DNA from: an uncultured Candidatus Saccharibacteria bacterium
Lineage (GTDB): Bacteria > Patescibacteriota > Minisyncoccia > Phycocordibacterales > UBA2163
Length of the DNA: 64,000 bases
Direction of reading: 5' to 3'
NCBI GenBank assembly: GCA_964626705.1
Contig: CAZVGL010000002.1
Location: 386 to 64,385 of the forward strand
Shown here: piece after piece, positions 39,107 to 47,620 of the stretch
Position numbering within the stretch: the first letter of the stretch is position 1
Layout of the letters: each line of letters starts with the position of its first letter
Translations under genes and position numbers: made by a program
The notes under the pieces: model-generated
Databases searched by the model: none
What the model was told of the DNA's origin: nothing
What the model saw: the letters and a program-made list of their open reading frames with translations, nothing else

Positions 39107-39112
39107 TTTAAA

Positions 39113-39499
39113 TTATCTCATGGCGACATGGTTCTCAACACCCCAACATTTGGAAGATGCAAGCCACGGTGTAGTCCCCTCTTTTTCGAAGAGATACTCC
39201 GCATAGTTCATATTACCTTCAAGCGTATATAAATTGATTCCAAGCCTATCAGCGGTCTTGCCGTGGTAATACTCATTGATCTGCATTACACCGACGTCAG
39301 ACTTATTAACCTTGCCTCTTATTACATCGCCATCTTCGCCAAATTGTCGGAAGCTTGATTCGCATCCGGCAACTTCTGCCATGACGGGATAATTTTCAAA
39401 GTGCTCACGCACGTACTCCTCAACAGTTGGAGATTCCATGAATCTCGTATTATCTGTATGAGCCACACTTCCCTGCTGTTCTATTATAGAAGCTTCCAC
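39113..39499 (-). CDS. lytic transglycosylase-like (SLT/lysozyme-like) protein
   Basis: E-S catalytic block (AGCESSFRQ) and GVMQINEYYHG resemble family-1 lytic transglycosylase motifs. The annotated start is a GTG. An in-frame upstream signal-peptide-like extension lacks a canonical start. Confidence 0.6.
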   Translation of the reverse strand: MEASIIEQQGSVAHTDNTRFMESPTVEEYVREHFENYPVMAEVAGCESSFRQFGEDGDVIRGKVNKSDVGVMQINEYYHGKTADRLGINLYTLEGNMNYAEYLFEKEGTTPWLASSKCWGVENHVAMR

Positions 39500-39664
39500 A
39501 AGTGGAGCTCCGGTAGTCGAACTAAGAAATGCTAAGATTAATATTGTTATTTCTATGATAAGCGTTTTTTATTACTGTTAATATCTCTGTCTTTTGACAA
39601 AAATAAAAAGCTGACCTAAGCCAACTTCTTCATCTGTCATAACATATTGTTAACATCTTGTCAA

Positions 39665-39692
39665 GCCCATCAGGAAAGTCTTCCTGATGGGC
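39665..39692 (-). terminator. stem-loop 3' of the minus-strand gene 39711..40259
   Basis: 12-bp perfect inverted repeat gcccatcaggaa / ttcctgatgggc with loop agtc. Confidence 0.45.
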
Positions 39693-39710
39693 GAAATACT
39701 GCTCTTCTAT

Positions 39711-40259
39711 CTATCTTAACCACATCCTTTGTACATTCACACCCATTGGAACACCGTCTTGTTGTGGAGTGGCTTCTAAAATATACCTAAAATACAGCAT
39801 TTCTCCTTCCGGTATCTTAAGAGCAGTTTTTTTTCCTGCCTGATTTTTAATAGGAAATATAACTCTATTATCACCAGTGGTAATAGACATTACTCCATCC
39901 GGAGTAATGTTCCCATCAGACCCAACACCAGTTATTGGAATTGTATATCTTTTATCCACATATGCCTTTATGCACGGAACAGCAAGGCAGACATTTTGCA
40001 GATTGGTCCAGACAGTAATTTCGTCTACTTTCAGATCAACCCATTGATCTGCATTTATACTAAATTCACAGACAGTGGTTTCTGTATCCTTCACTAATTC
40101 TCTTGTGTTACAACTCGTAATTCTTAAAGAGTATCCTTTTCTTTTATCTGTCGTACTTTCTTGCAAGTTAGCAATACTTGCACAAAATAGAAAAAACATT
40201 AGGAAAGACAAAATTGCGCCACTACAATTATGTTTATACATACAACACCCCCTATACAA
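39711..40259 (-). CDS. secreted hypothetical protein
   Basis: 182 aa with an N-terminal signal peptide (AILSFLMFFLFCASIANLQ). No recognised domain. Confidence 0.5.
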   Translation of the reverse strand: MYRGCCMYKHNCSGAILSFLMFFLFCASIANLQESTTDKRKGYSLRITSCNTRELVKDTETTVCEFSINADQWVDLKVDEITVWTNLQNVCLAVPCIKAYVDKRYTIPITGVGSDGNITPDGVMSITTGDNRVIFPIKNQAGKKTALKIPEGEMLYFRYILEATPQQDGVPMGVNVQRMWLR

Positions 40260-40364
40260 AGATTATACTTCTAATTTTTTAAATCAAATTTACGTCAAAA
40301 TACAAAAAAAATACTACCCAAAATAGTAGCATTTTTCTCTACATATGTCAATGTCGGTACAACT

Positions 40365-40817
40365 TTACTGTTTCTTCATCCTACTTTTAAACAGCCCAGA
40401 TAAGCTCCAGATATGGTTTGAACTCATGCTTGCAAGCACTAAGAATGCTGCTATATATATAATATGTTCATCTACCAAGTATGCATGCTCGCCTACTTTT
40501 GGAAACGTAAGTCCTGGGAAGTAATATAGAGCCATCATTAAAGCACCAAGATGTGCACTGCATCTGACAAGAATACCAAGTATCAAAGCTGCACCTATAA
40601 GTGTAAGCCCCCATTGGTTAAGGAAATCAATAAACGGTAGTATCTCAGGTGATGCAAGCCATCCATAAAACCCTGAAAATGTGTTAGCGTGTTCTAGAAA
40701 ACCTTTAGCTGTCCATTCTGGATTCGTGACTTTTGTAAGCCCTGCGTATAAAAACAACCAACCAAGTGTAAGACGTAGTATAAGTACTGCTGAATCTGTT
40801 TTAATTAATTTCTTCAT
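40365..40817 (-). CDS. DoxX-family membrane protein
   Basis: 150 aa with 4 TM helices. LRLTLGWLFLYAGLTKV is a typical DoxX N-terminus. Confidence 0.75.
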   Translation of the reverse strand: MKKLIKTDSAVLILRLTLGWLFLYAGLTKVTNPEWTAKGFLEHANTFSGFYGWLASPEILPFIDFLNQWGLTLIGAALILGILVRCSAHLGALMMALYYFPGLTFPKVGEHAYLVDEHIIYIAAFLVLASMSSNHIWSLSGLFKSRMKKQ

Positions 40818-41253
40818 ATTGTGTATTAATATTTAGATTATTATTCTTTGATTTTATCATTGCAATCAAACTAAGTATAAAGATAGTTGTGGATAATGTT
40901 GCAGAAATCATACAATACGAACAGATAGATTCCAATATAAACAACTGCGTATATACGAACCACATAGACATTAGAAACCCTACACCAGAAAGACTAAGGA
41001 GTGACATAAGGATTTTTCTATTTTTTGATCTTAAATATAAAATACTCAAGACAAATATAGAGATATAAAAAACCATTCCAAGCACTGCTACTGGTATACC
41101 CAATATTGTGGAGTAAATACTCGTAGTTACAAAATCACAACCTTCGAAGATAGAACAGTTTACACTATCGTGAGTAAACCGCTTTATAGTTAAATATGTA
41201 GCATCAGAAATACCAACAATACTTAATATTAAAATAGTAATATTAGACCACAT
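40801..41253 (-). CDS. vitamin K epoxide reductase (VKOR)-family protein
   Basis: 150 aa membrane protein. Loop Cys pair (VNCSIFEGC), GIPVAVLG and the active-site CxxC (CSYC) in the last TM. Overlaps the DoxX start by 17 nt. Confidence 0.65.
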   Translation of the reverse strand: MWSNITILILSIVGISDATYLTIKRFTHDSVNCSIFEGCDFVTTSIYSTILGIPVAVLGMVFYISIFVLSILYLRSKNRKILMSLLSLSGVGFLMSMWFVYTQLFILESICSYCMISATLSTTIFILSLIAMIKSKNNNLNINTQYEEIN

Positions 41254-41380
41254 AGTTATTTTGCTATTGCTATAAAGACATTTATTAGAGAGAGAGCGGT
41301 ACTTACAAAACCAGTAATAAGGGCTATCAGTGTTGGCTTATTGTTATACCACTTTATTTTAGTATTTATTGTCATTGTTT

Positions 41381-42205
41381 TTATTTTAACTCTTTTTGTT
41401 GCTTAAGAAAAGCGAGTGCTCCGTATAAACCACCAAAGTCTTTAAGTTCTGCTTTTTTTATTACAGGTAATTCTGGAAACTTAGTATTGATCTCGCTCAA
41501 ATACTTTTTAACGGCTTTTACATCTATAGCTGGATCCCCCACTATCATAGAGCCACCAAGTACTACCGTGTCTGGCGACCAGTGCAATATCGTATTATAA
41601 AGTCCGTATGCGAGAGTTTTCGCAAGTTCGTCCCATATTTTTGGATCTGTTACCTCATATGCTTTTTTACCAGTCTTTTCTTCAAGAGCAGCGCCAGATA
41701 TTAAACTCTCTAGACTTTTGTTATCTTCAATATCCACTATCTGATGCCCTGGCTCAAAACCAAACGTGTTTTCATCAATCTTTCCATCTTCGTATTTTGC
41801 ACCACCAACACCTGTACTTACCGTTACATACACACTTATACCTTCCCTACTACCAGCACCATTATTCATCTCTCCAAGCCCAACCAATGCAGTATCGTTT
41901 TCTATAAATACAGGCATGCCAACTATCCTCTCTAATTCTTCTTTAAGTGGTTTGTTATTCCAATCTTCAAGCACTGACGAGTTCACTATCATTGTTTTGT
42001 CTTTATCAAAAGGGCCCCTCACTCCCCCGCCCACTGCACTAATATTTTCACCACCTATAAGTTCATCTGCGACTTCTTTAAAAACCCTCATTCCCTCTTC
42101 AAAATCCTTCGGAGTCTCTACAACCTTAGGCTCGCCAAAAGTCTCACCATCCTTCGAAAATGCCAACCTCATCTTTGTCCCCCCAATGTCGAATAGTAAA
42201 TACAT
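41381..42205 (-). CDS. ROK-family sugar kinase (glucokinase-like)
   Basis: LFDIGGTKMRLA, IENDTALVGLGE and VSTGVGG blocks. The ATG giving MYLLFDIGGT is preferred. The track start at 42235 adds 10 residues. Confidence 0.8.
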   Translation of the reverse strand: MYLLFDIGGTKMRLAFSKDGETFGEPKVVETPKDFEEGMRVFKEVADELIGGENISAVGGGVRGPFDKDKTMIVNSSVLEDWNNKPLKEELERIVGMPVFIENDTALVGLGEMNNGAGSREGISVYVTVSTGVGGAKYEDGKIDENTFGFEPGHQIVDIEDNKSLESLISGAALEEKTGKKAYEVTDPKIWDELAKTLAYGLYNTILHWSPDTVVLGGSMIVGDPAIDVKAVKKYLSEINTKFPELPVIKKAELKDFGGLYGALAFLKQQKELK

Positions 42206-42302
42206 AATATATAAATTATATCGCAATTTTGGCAATAAAAAAACCGATAGTCCAAATTAGATATAAAATCTAACGAACTATCGGTTATAATTATTAAATA
42301 CA

Positions 42303-43175
42303 TCACTTAGAAACATACTGCTTTATACTCTGAAGAGTGGTGTAGACCTCTCTAATCTCCTCCCATCCAGCATCCTTTGCTATAGATTCAGCTATCCAGA
42401 AATCATCATTCAGTTCAGCTTTCTCCATAGCTAGTTTATAGAATTTTTTGGCTTTATTTTTACCAATTAATTCAAGTGTAAGGCCTATCTCGTAAGAATT
42501 GCTTCCGTCTTTATCTTCTTTTTCAAATGCTTCGAGTGTAGCGTTCAAGATATCTTCTTTTTCTGCCATCATGCCTAGCCCTTCAGCAAGCCCAGTAAAC
42601 ATCTCAACCACACTAAAATCATTATTACCAAAAGCACATACACCCATTGAGTCCAGGTCGCTTATAATAGTAAGTACTGCCTTCCTGTTTAACTCTTCTG
42701 CTCTTTCTTTCATTCCCAAATCTTCAGCACCATTTGCAGCCCATACTATAGCAATACAACCAACCTCTGTCTCAAGTTCTTTTTCTATTGCAAGATTAGC
42801 AAACTCAACGTACAGATCATTCATATCAAGATTTCTGAAAGCTTTTGCTGCAGATACTAATCTACCACAGTCACAATAGTCTGAATCTTTAGAGAGTCTA
42901 AGAAAGTCAGTAAGTTCACTCATGTATTTCTTTGACAACACAACCTCAACTTCTAAAAGATCAATTATAATATCTACTCTACGTTCAGCAACAAACTCTG
43001 AAAGATTTCCAGAATCTTTGTGTTCCTCTTTTAAATGATCCGTAGCTTTTTCTAACTCTACTTCAATGTTTTTGATATATCTTTCTCTCGCTTCATCTGA
43101 AGATAACTTGAGTAAGAGTCCTTTCTTAACATTGTCTTTTCTGAAATCTTCTCTGGTTAATAATCTCTTTTCCAT
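42303..43175 (-). CDS. hypothetical all-alpha protein (290 aa)
   Basis: Clean ORF and last gene of a three-gene minus-strand unit. No motif recognised. Confidence 0.5.
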   Translation of the reverse strand: MEKRLLTREDFRKDNVKKGLLLKLSSDEARERYIKNIEVELEKATDHLKEEHKDSGNLSEFVAERRVDIIIDLLEVEVVLSKKYMSELTDFLRLSKDSDYCDCGRLVSAAKAFRNLDMNDLYVEFANLAIEKELETEVGCIAIVWAANGAEDLGMKERAEELNRKAVLTIISDLDSMGVCAFGNNDFSVVEMFTGLAEGLGMMAEKEDILNATLEAFEKEDKDGSNSYEIGLTLELIGKNKAKKFYKLAMEKAELNDDFWIAESIAKDAGWEEIREVYTTLQSIKQYVSK

Positions 43176-43223
43176 TTTTTCTCCTTTTTAATTTTCTAAA
43201 TTCTTTTCTGCCTATTTATCCAA

Positions 43224-43568
43224 TTAATTGCCTTCAAAAATAAAATGTTTCCACTTCTCATCTTTCATTTTACATCGCAACCTGTTCATCCCCCTGACAA
43301 AAGCCCGCCTTATAGATTTTGGCGTAACATTGCAATAATCACATTGACTTGCGTTTGATATTTCTTCACAAGTCATTGGTTCAATTCCTTTTAATCCATA
43401 AAGCCCGTAAAATGATTTAATGATCTTGGTATAATTGTAACGACGTTTTCTGTCATCTTTCAAGTCACTAAGTAACGTGTATACTGTTAGAAACCCTTTT
43501 ACGCTTAGGTCTTCTCTTAATCCAAGATCGCTTAGAAATTTTTTAATATTTCTCTCAGTTTTATCCAT
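43224..43568 (-). CDS. small protein with sigma-70 region-4-like HTH
   Basis: 114 aa. C-terminal LYGLKGIEPMTCEEISNASQCDYCNVTPKSIRRAFVRGMNRLR follows the sigma region-4 pattern (FGL..G...T.EEI....V....IRQ....LRKLR). No region 2 is present. Confidence 0.45.
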   Translation of the reverse strand: MDKTERNIKKFLSDLGLREDLSVKGFLTVYTLLSDLKDDRKRRYNYTKIIKSFYGLYGLKGIEPMTCEEISNASQCDYCNVTPKSIRRAFVRGMNRLRCKMKDEKWKHFIFEGN

Positions 43569-43580
43569 TTTGTTTTCCTT

Positions 43581-44081
43581 TCAAATCTTTAAATTTTCTA
43601 GTCTCTTAATTAAGATTTCCTCAGTATCTTTAAAAATTTTTAGAAAATTTTCCTGAGCTTCTTTTGAATCCAACATTTCTGTTGCAGTTCGTGCATAGTA
43701 GAAAAATCCCTTTGTAAGGGCTTTGAAAAAATATTCTTTCAAAAAATCGTCTTCTCTTTCTAGTGCACTCATTACATAATTATTAGTCTCTGTCTTTTTA
43801 AAAAGATACGAGAATAATTCTGGGGTTGCTGATGAAAGTATCTTGTCATAATTCTCCTCCTTTTCATTGTGTGCTATGTGCGAAAGACAAATCTTATAGA
43901 GCAGTTCAATCGATTCAGCACATAATTTTGGATCTTTTAATTTATCTTTTTTTATAGCCTCAGCAAGGATGCCGACATCAATTTTCTCAAATTTCTTATT
44001 ATAAAATAATTCTGTAAGCGGTTTTCCATCAGCAAGCTCAATAATTTCATCCAGTGTCTTTCTTTCGTTTCCTTTTTTCAC
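43581..44081 (-). CDS. hypothetical protein (166 aa)
   Basis: Clean ORF and first gene of the three-gene minus-strand unit. No family recognised. Confidence 0.5.
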   Translation of the reverse strand: MKKGNERKTLDEIIELADGKPLTELFYNKKFEKIDVGILAEAIKKDKLKDPKLCAESIELLYKICLSHIAHNEKEENYDKILSSATPELFSYLFKKTETNNYVMSALEREDDFLKEYFFKALTKGFFYYARTATEMLDSKEAQENFLKIFKDTEEILIKRLENLKI

Positions 44082-44202
44082 TTTTATTATCCTTTCAAAT
44101 AACTGTTGTAAAATATATAAGTTTCTATTTTTTTACTTCTAGTAAAATATAAACATAAATAGATAGCCGAGTCAAGAGCTGTGTTTACGTATTATATAAA
44201 AA

Positions 44203-45144
44203 TTATCTTATTAATTTTTTAAATTCCTCAATCATCGGTACTTGTTCTGCATCAAGTCCATATTGCTGTGCTGTATAGTATGCTGCCCAGTCAGCTGTGA
44301 GAAGTGATGCAAACACTTTGTGATATTTGTCTTTACCTTTTATATCGACGACTTCCACTGGTAGCCCTCTATCTTTATACATCTTTTCTAAAACTTCCAT
44401 CCTTTTTAATATCCTTTCATCATCTTCTGCATCTTTTAAAATTAGAAAATGAAACTTCTCTGTTAGTTCTTTTACAGAATACCCTTCTATCTCATTATGA
44501 TTCATCTCTGGCAAGACATTGTAAAATGCCGGCACCTTCCCTGTCTCGTTTAACTTTATCTTCCAGTTGTAGGCTATCGGTTCATTTCGTGTCGAAGAAT
44601 ATATCACAGGCACTTTACCCTTTAACTTCTCTGCCAAGGTTCGACCTTGGACTTCGTAAGAAGATAGATCAAGTGTTTCAGCGAGCTTACTTATATCTTC
44701 GAGCATTTCTTCATCTCCTATTATTTTCAAAAGTGCTTTAAGTGAATATCCCAGTGCATTCCTTGACTGAATGCCGGTATCTGGCATTTGTATATACGGT
44801 ATAGAGTATTCTTTTGCCAACTCTACAAGTCTTCCCCCTACTGATATTACAGCCATAGGTAGACCGTTCTCAATCCACTGCTCAAAAGCACTTACTACCT
44901 CTTCTGTATTACCAGAGTATGAACTTAATATAAGTAGTCTATCTTCAAAACCACTTGGAATTCCGTAATCACTGTAGACCGTCATATCAAGGTCCAACCT
45001 TAATATTTTTAATAAATCTGCTGCTAGATGAGAACCACCCATACCTGCGACAATAAATTTATCTTTCTTTTCAAGCTTATCTGCATTCTCCACAATTGGT
45101 TCATATTCAAACTGTTTATTAAAATTTTTAATTGATTCGTACAT
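44203..45144 (-). CDS. SIS-domain bifunctional phosphoglucose/phosphomannose isomerase-like
   Basis: SIS block KFIVAGMGGSHLAADLL...LILSSYSGNTEEV. About 314 aa from the ATG giving MYESIKNF. The track start at 45252 would overlap the upstream gene. Confidence 0.7.
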   Translation of the reverse strand: MYESIKNFNKQFEYEPIVENADKLEKKDKFIVAGMGGSHLAADLLKILRLDLDMTVYSDYGIPSGFEDRLLILSSYSGNTEEVVSAFEQWIENGLPMAVISVGGRLVELAKEYSIPYIQMPDTGIQSRNALGYSLKALLKIIGDEEMLEDISKLAETLDLSSYEVQGRTLAEKLKGKVPVIYSSTRNEPIAYNWKIKLNETGKVPAFYNVLPEMNHNEIEGYSVKELTEKFHFLILKDAEDDERILKRMEVLEKMYKDRGLPVEVVDIKGKDKYHKVFASLLTADWAAYYTAQQYGLDAEQVPMIEEFKKLIR

Positions 45145-45151
45145 TGTATTT

Positions 45152-45748
45152 TTATTTATATTCAAAATTTGGCATCGAATAATCTTTAAACTCATCCAAA
45201 AGTGGTTTGTTATATAAAAGCCTTGAGATAACTTCCGCATGCGAAAGTGCACCAGTTAAAGCATTGTGTGGTTTAGGCTCTTCAGGTACGCCGACATATT
45301 TAAGCTCTGAGTCTAAGCTAAGTGCTGTGTGATTGTTCTTCAAAGGTGGTGTGATCCCACTTTTTATCATATGCATATATGCAAGTGTATGCACGTCTAT
45401 TATTCTATGTGCAAAAGGCCAATTAAGATGCCCTCGATGTGCTGCAGCTTGCAAGAAATCCCTATCAAAAGAAACGTTTTGCCCTGCCATCGTAAAATCT
45501 TCTATACCACTTGCCCATGCAATGAAGGCACGTACTATTTCTGTTTCTGATTTCTTAGTCGGGTCTGTTATTTCGTCTTTTGTAAATCCATTTACTTCAA
45601 GTGCGCCGTCATCAATATGCGCACCATGCCAGATCTTACATTCTTCATAGAATCTATTTTCTGGATTATAAAAATCAACAGCGCCAATACTTACAATAGA
45701 GTGCTTATTATAATCAACCCCAGATGCTTCTATATCTACAACTATCAT
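45152..45748 (-). CDS. DEDDh 3'-5' exonuclease (DnaQ/RNase T-like)
   Basis: Exo I VVDIEASG, Exo II SFDRDFL and an Exo III H-x4-D region. 198 aa. Confidence 0.75.
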   Translation of the reverse strand: MIVVDIEASGVDYNKHSIVSIGAVDFYNPENRFYEECKIWHGAHIDDGALEVNGFTKDEITDPTKKSETEIVRAFIAWASGIEDFTMAGQNVSFDRDFLQAAAHRGHLNWPFAHRIIDVHTLAYMHMIKSGITPPLKNNHTALSLDSELKYVGVPEEPKPHNALTGALSHAEVISRLLYNKPLLDEFKDYSMPNFEYK

Positions 45749-45792
45749 AGTTTTATTATATCACACCGTGCCAGTTTGATTAGGAATGAAAA

Positions 45793-45824
45793 GAGAGCCC
45801 AGAAGTTTCTTGAACTGGGCTCTC
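45793..45824 (-). terminator. rho-independent terminator 3' of the lipoprotein gene
   Basis: 10-bp stem gagagcccag / ctgggctctc followed by a U-run on the minus transcript. Confidence 0.55.
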
Positions 45825-45861
45825 ACTACTCGTTGTGAATTAAGTACAAAAATGAGTATGA

Positions 45862-46194
45862 CTACATTATGCCTTGTGGTACTTTTACAACCTTTCCTTT
45901 CTCTTCTTGCGGATAAGCTATACTCCATTCACTATCTGTCTTGACGTGGAAGATTTTTAATCTACTACCTTTGTGATTTTTACAAAGGCATATGGTCGCT
46001 TGTGCTAATATATCTTGTTGATCAATATCTTCCCGTCTCAAAGGCCTCCACATTAATATCTTTTGAAACATTTTTTGATATTCTTTCCATTTTTCAACTG
46101 TTACAAATGGAGTTACTGCTAGCCTGCTACCAATACAACCACTTATAGGAAAGGTACATAGTGCAACCAGAGTCTTATTAGAATCTTTTTTCAT
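45862..46194 (-). CDS. putative lipoprotein
   Basis: 110 aa. N-terminal MKKDSNKTLVALCTFPISGC has a lipobox-like ISGC. Confidence 0.5.
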   Translation of the reverse strand: MKKDSNKTLVALCTFPISGCIGSRLAVTPFVTVEKWKEYQKMFQKILMWRPLRREDIDQQDILAQATICLCKNHKGSRLKIFHVKTDSEWSIAYPQEEKGKVVKVPQGIM

Positions 46195-46317
46195 TTAAAA
46201 TTCTCTAATCAAATCTTCCGGTAAGTCAACATTAAATTTCTCATCTGCTTTCACCTGATCGGCAAGCGTCAATACAAATATACATATAACAAGCAACGAA
46301 AAGTACTTTTTCTTCAT
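46195..46317 (-). CDS. small secreted peptide (40 aa) translationally coupled to the lipoprotein gene
   Basis: MKKKYFSLLVICIFVLTLADQVKADEKFNVDLPEDLIREF. AGGAGA sits 7 nt upstream of the ATG. Its stop TAA abuts the next ATG (TAAATG). Not in the ORF track because of its size. Confidence 0.35.
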   Translation of the reverse strand: MKKKYFSLLVICIFVLTLADQVKADEKFNVDLPEDLIREF

Positions 46318-46428
46318 CTTTCCATCTCCTAAATAAGTTAAAAAGCTTAATTAAAAAGAAAAAACGAATAATTACAATAACTACCTGAACAGAAGTTTAT
46401 CACTAGGCCAAAATAAGTCAATAAAATA

Positions 46429-46827
46429 CTACTTTAACCCTTTACAATTCCCTGCTGGGGTGTAGCCGGCTTTGCGGGCTTGTTCTATGGAGTCAAACCA
46501 TATTTTATTCTTCTCTGATATTCTCTTTCCTCCTCCACACCACGGATAGTGGTATTTGGAGCCATTCTTAGAGGCTACAAGTAGACCTTGAGCTGTAGTT
46601 AGTGTATTAGTGCTGCCTACTTCCTTCCCTGCATTTAAAACACTAGCTGAGAGGTATTCTGGGAACTCTATTCTTACCTGCTCTCTATTATCCTCAATAA
46701 GAGACAACCTGCCCAAGCCAAAACCAGCAAATCCTATGAGGATTATAAGGGCTATAGTATAAAGCTCGCTTTTGGTCAGATCGTCAACCTTTTGCTTGCT
46801 TTTTCTATAATATTCTGCTATATTCAT
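46429..46827 (-). CDS. membrane-anchored protein with C-terminal Ada-like Zn-ribbon domain
   Basis: One TM helix, then YHYPWCGGGKRISEKNKIWFDSIEQARKAGYTPAGNC. This resembles the Ada N-terminal metal-binding motif (..FF.S.EEA..AGFRPC..C). Confidence 0.45.
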   Translation of the reverse strand: MNIAEYYRKSKQKVDDLTKSELYTIALIILIGFAGFGLGRLSLIEDNREQVRIEFPEYLSASVLNAGKEVGSTNTLTTAQGLLVASKNGSKYHYPWCGGGKRISEKNKIWFDSIEQARKAGYTPAGNCKGLK

Positions 46828-46846
46828 ACTTACATTATAAACAATT

Positions 46847-47119
46847 ATGGCACATAAAAAAGCTGGAGGTTCAGCAAAAAACCTAAGAGATTCAAACCCT
46901 AAATATTTGGGTACTAAACTATACGCAGGACAGGATGCTAAAACTGGCTCTGTTATCGTGCGTCAAAGAGGTACTAAGATAATGGCTGGTAAGAATGTAG
47001 GAGTAGGAAAAGACCATACACTCTTTGCTCTAACAGAAGGGAAAGTAAGTTTCCGCAACAAGAGAAAACTTCACTTCGATGGCAAGACAGTTATCAAAAA
47101 AGTAGTGGATGTTATTTAA
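46847..47119 (+). CDS. rpmA: 50S ribosomal protein L27
   Basis: [24 protein letters not shown]...; 90 aa. Confidence 0.95.
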   Translation: MAHKKAGGSAKNLRDSNPKYLGTKLYAGQDAKTGSVIVRQRGTKIMAGKNVGVGKDHTLFALTEGKVSFRNKRKLHFDGKTVIKKVVDVI

Positions 47120-47126
47120 AACAAAA

Positions 47127-47160
47127 AACCACCCTGTCACTCGCGAGTGACAGGGTGGTT
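47127..47160. terminator. bidirectional rho-independent terminator between rpmA (+) and rplI (-)
   Basis: 17-bp perfect palindrome aaccaccctgtcactcg / cgagtgacagggtggtt flanked by A6 and T6. Confidence 0.7.
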
Positions 47161-47170
47161 TTTTGTTTTA

Positions 47171-47614
47171 TTAAATAGGACTTACAATTAATTTAAATAC
47201 TGCTTTTATATCTTCTACTTTTGCAGTAATATCAAACTCTCCTGTTTCTTTGACAGGGTGTTTTAATTCTATGTGTTCTGGCTTAAGATCTATATGATCT
47301 TGTTTTTTAAGTTCTATCACTATCTCTTCTATATGAATACCTTTAAAGAGATGTCCTTTGTCGTTCGCTTTACCACTCATATGCACCTCTGCACCGTTTA
47401 ATGAGCGCATATTTTTTATAAGTAAGTCTTTATGTATCTTGTCTTCTGTTTCTTGGTTTTGTTTTGTTTTTTCAAGATTATTAACTTTTTTATCTGTTGC
47501 AGGTTCTGCTAAATTGTTTTTAAATAAAAAATTCATAGCATATCCGTCGGACACCTTTTTAATATCATTCTTCCGCCCTATTTTAGGCACGTCTTTTAGT
47601 AGTATTACCTTCAT
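47171..47614 (-). CDS. rplI: 50S ribosomal protein L9
   Basis: MKVILLKDVPKIGRKNDIKKVSDGYAMNFLFKNNLAEPAT; 147 aa. Confidence 0.9.
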   Translation of the reverse strand: MKVILLKDVPKIGRKNDIKKVSDGYAMNFLFKNNLAEPATDKKVNNLEKTKQNQETEDKIHKDLLIKNMRSLNGAEVHMSGKANDKGHLFKGIHIEEIVIELKKQDHIDLKPEHIELKHPVKETGEFDITAKVEDIKAVFKLIVSPI

Positions 47615-47620
47615 AGCTCC

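Noticed and set aside
39480-39570. Possible tRNA 3' half (TTCGACT..CCA-like string on the minus strand)
   Set aside because: The flanking bases cannot form a T-stem and there is no matching 5' acceptor strand. The string lies within the probable signal-peptide-coding extension of the transglycosylase gene.
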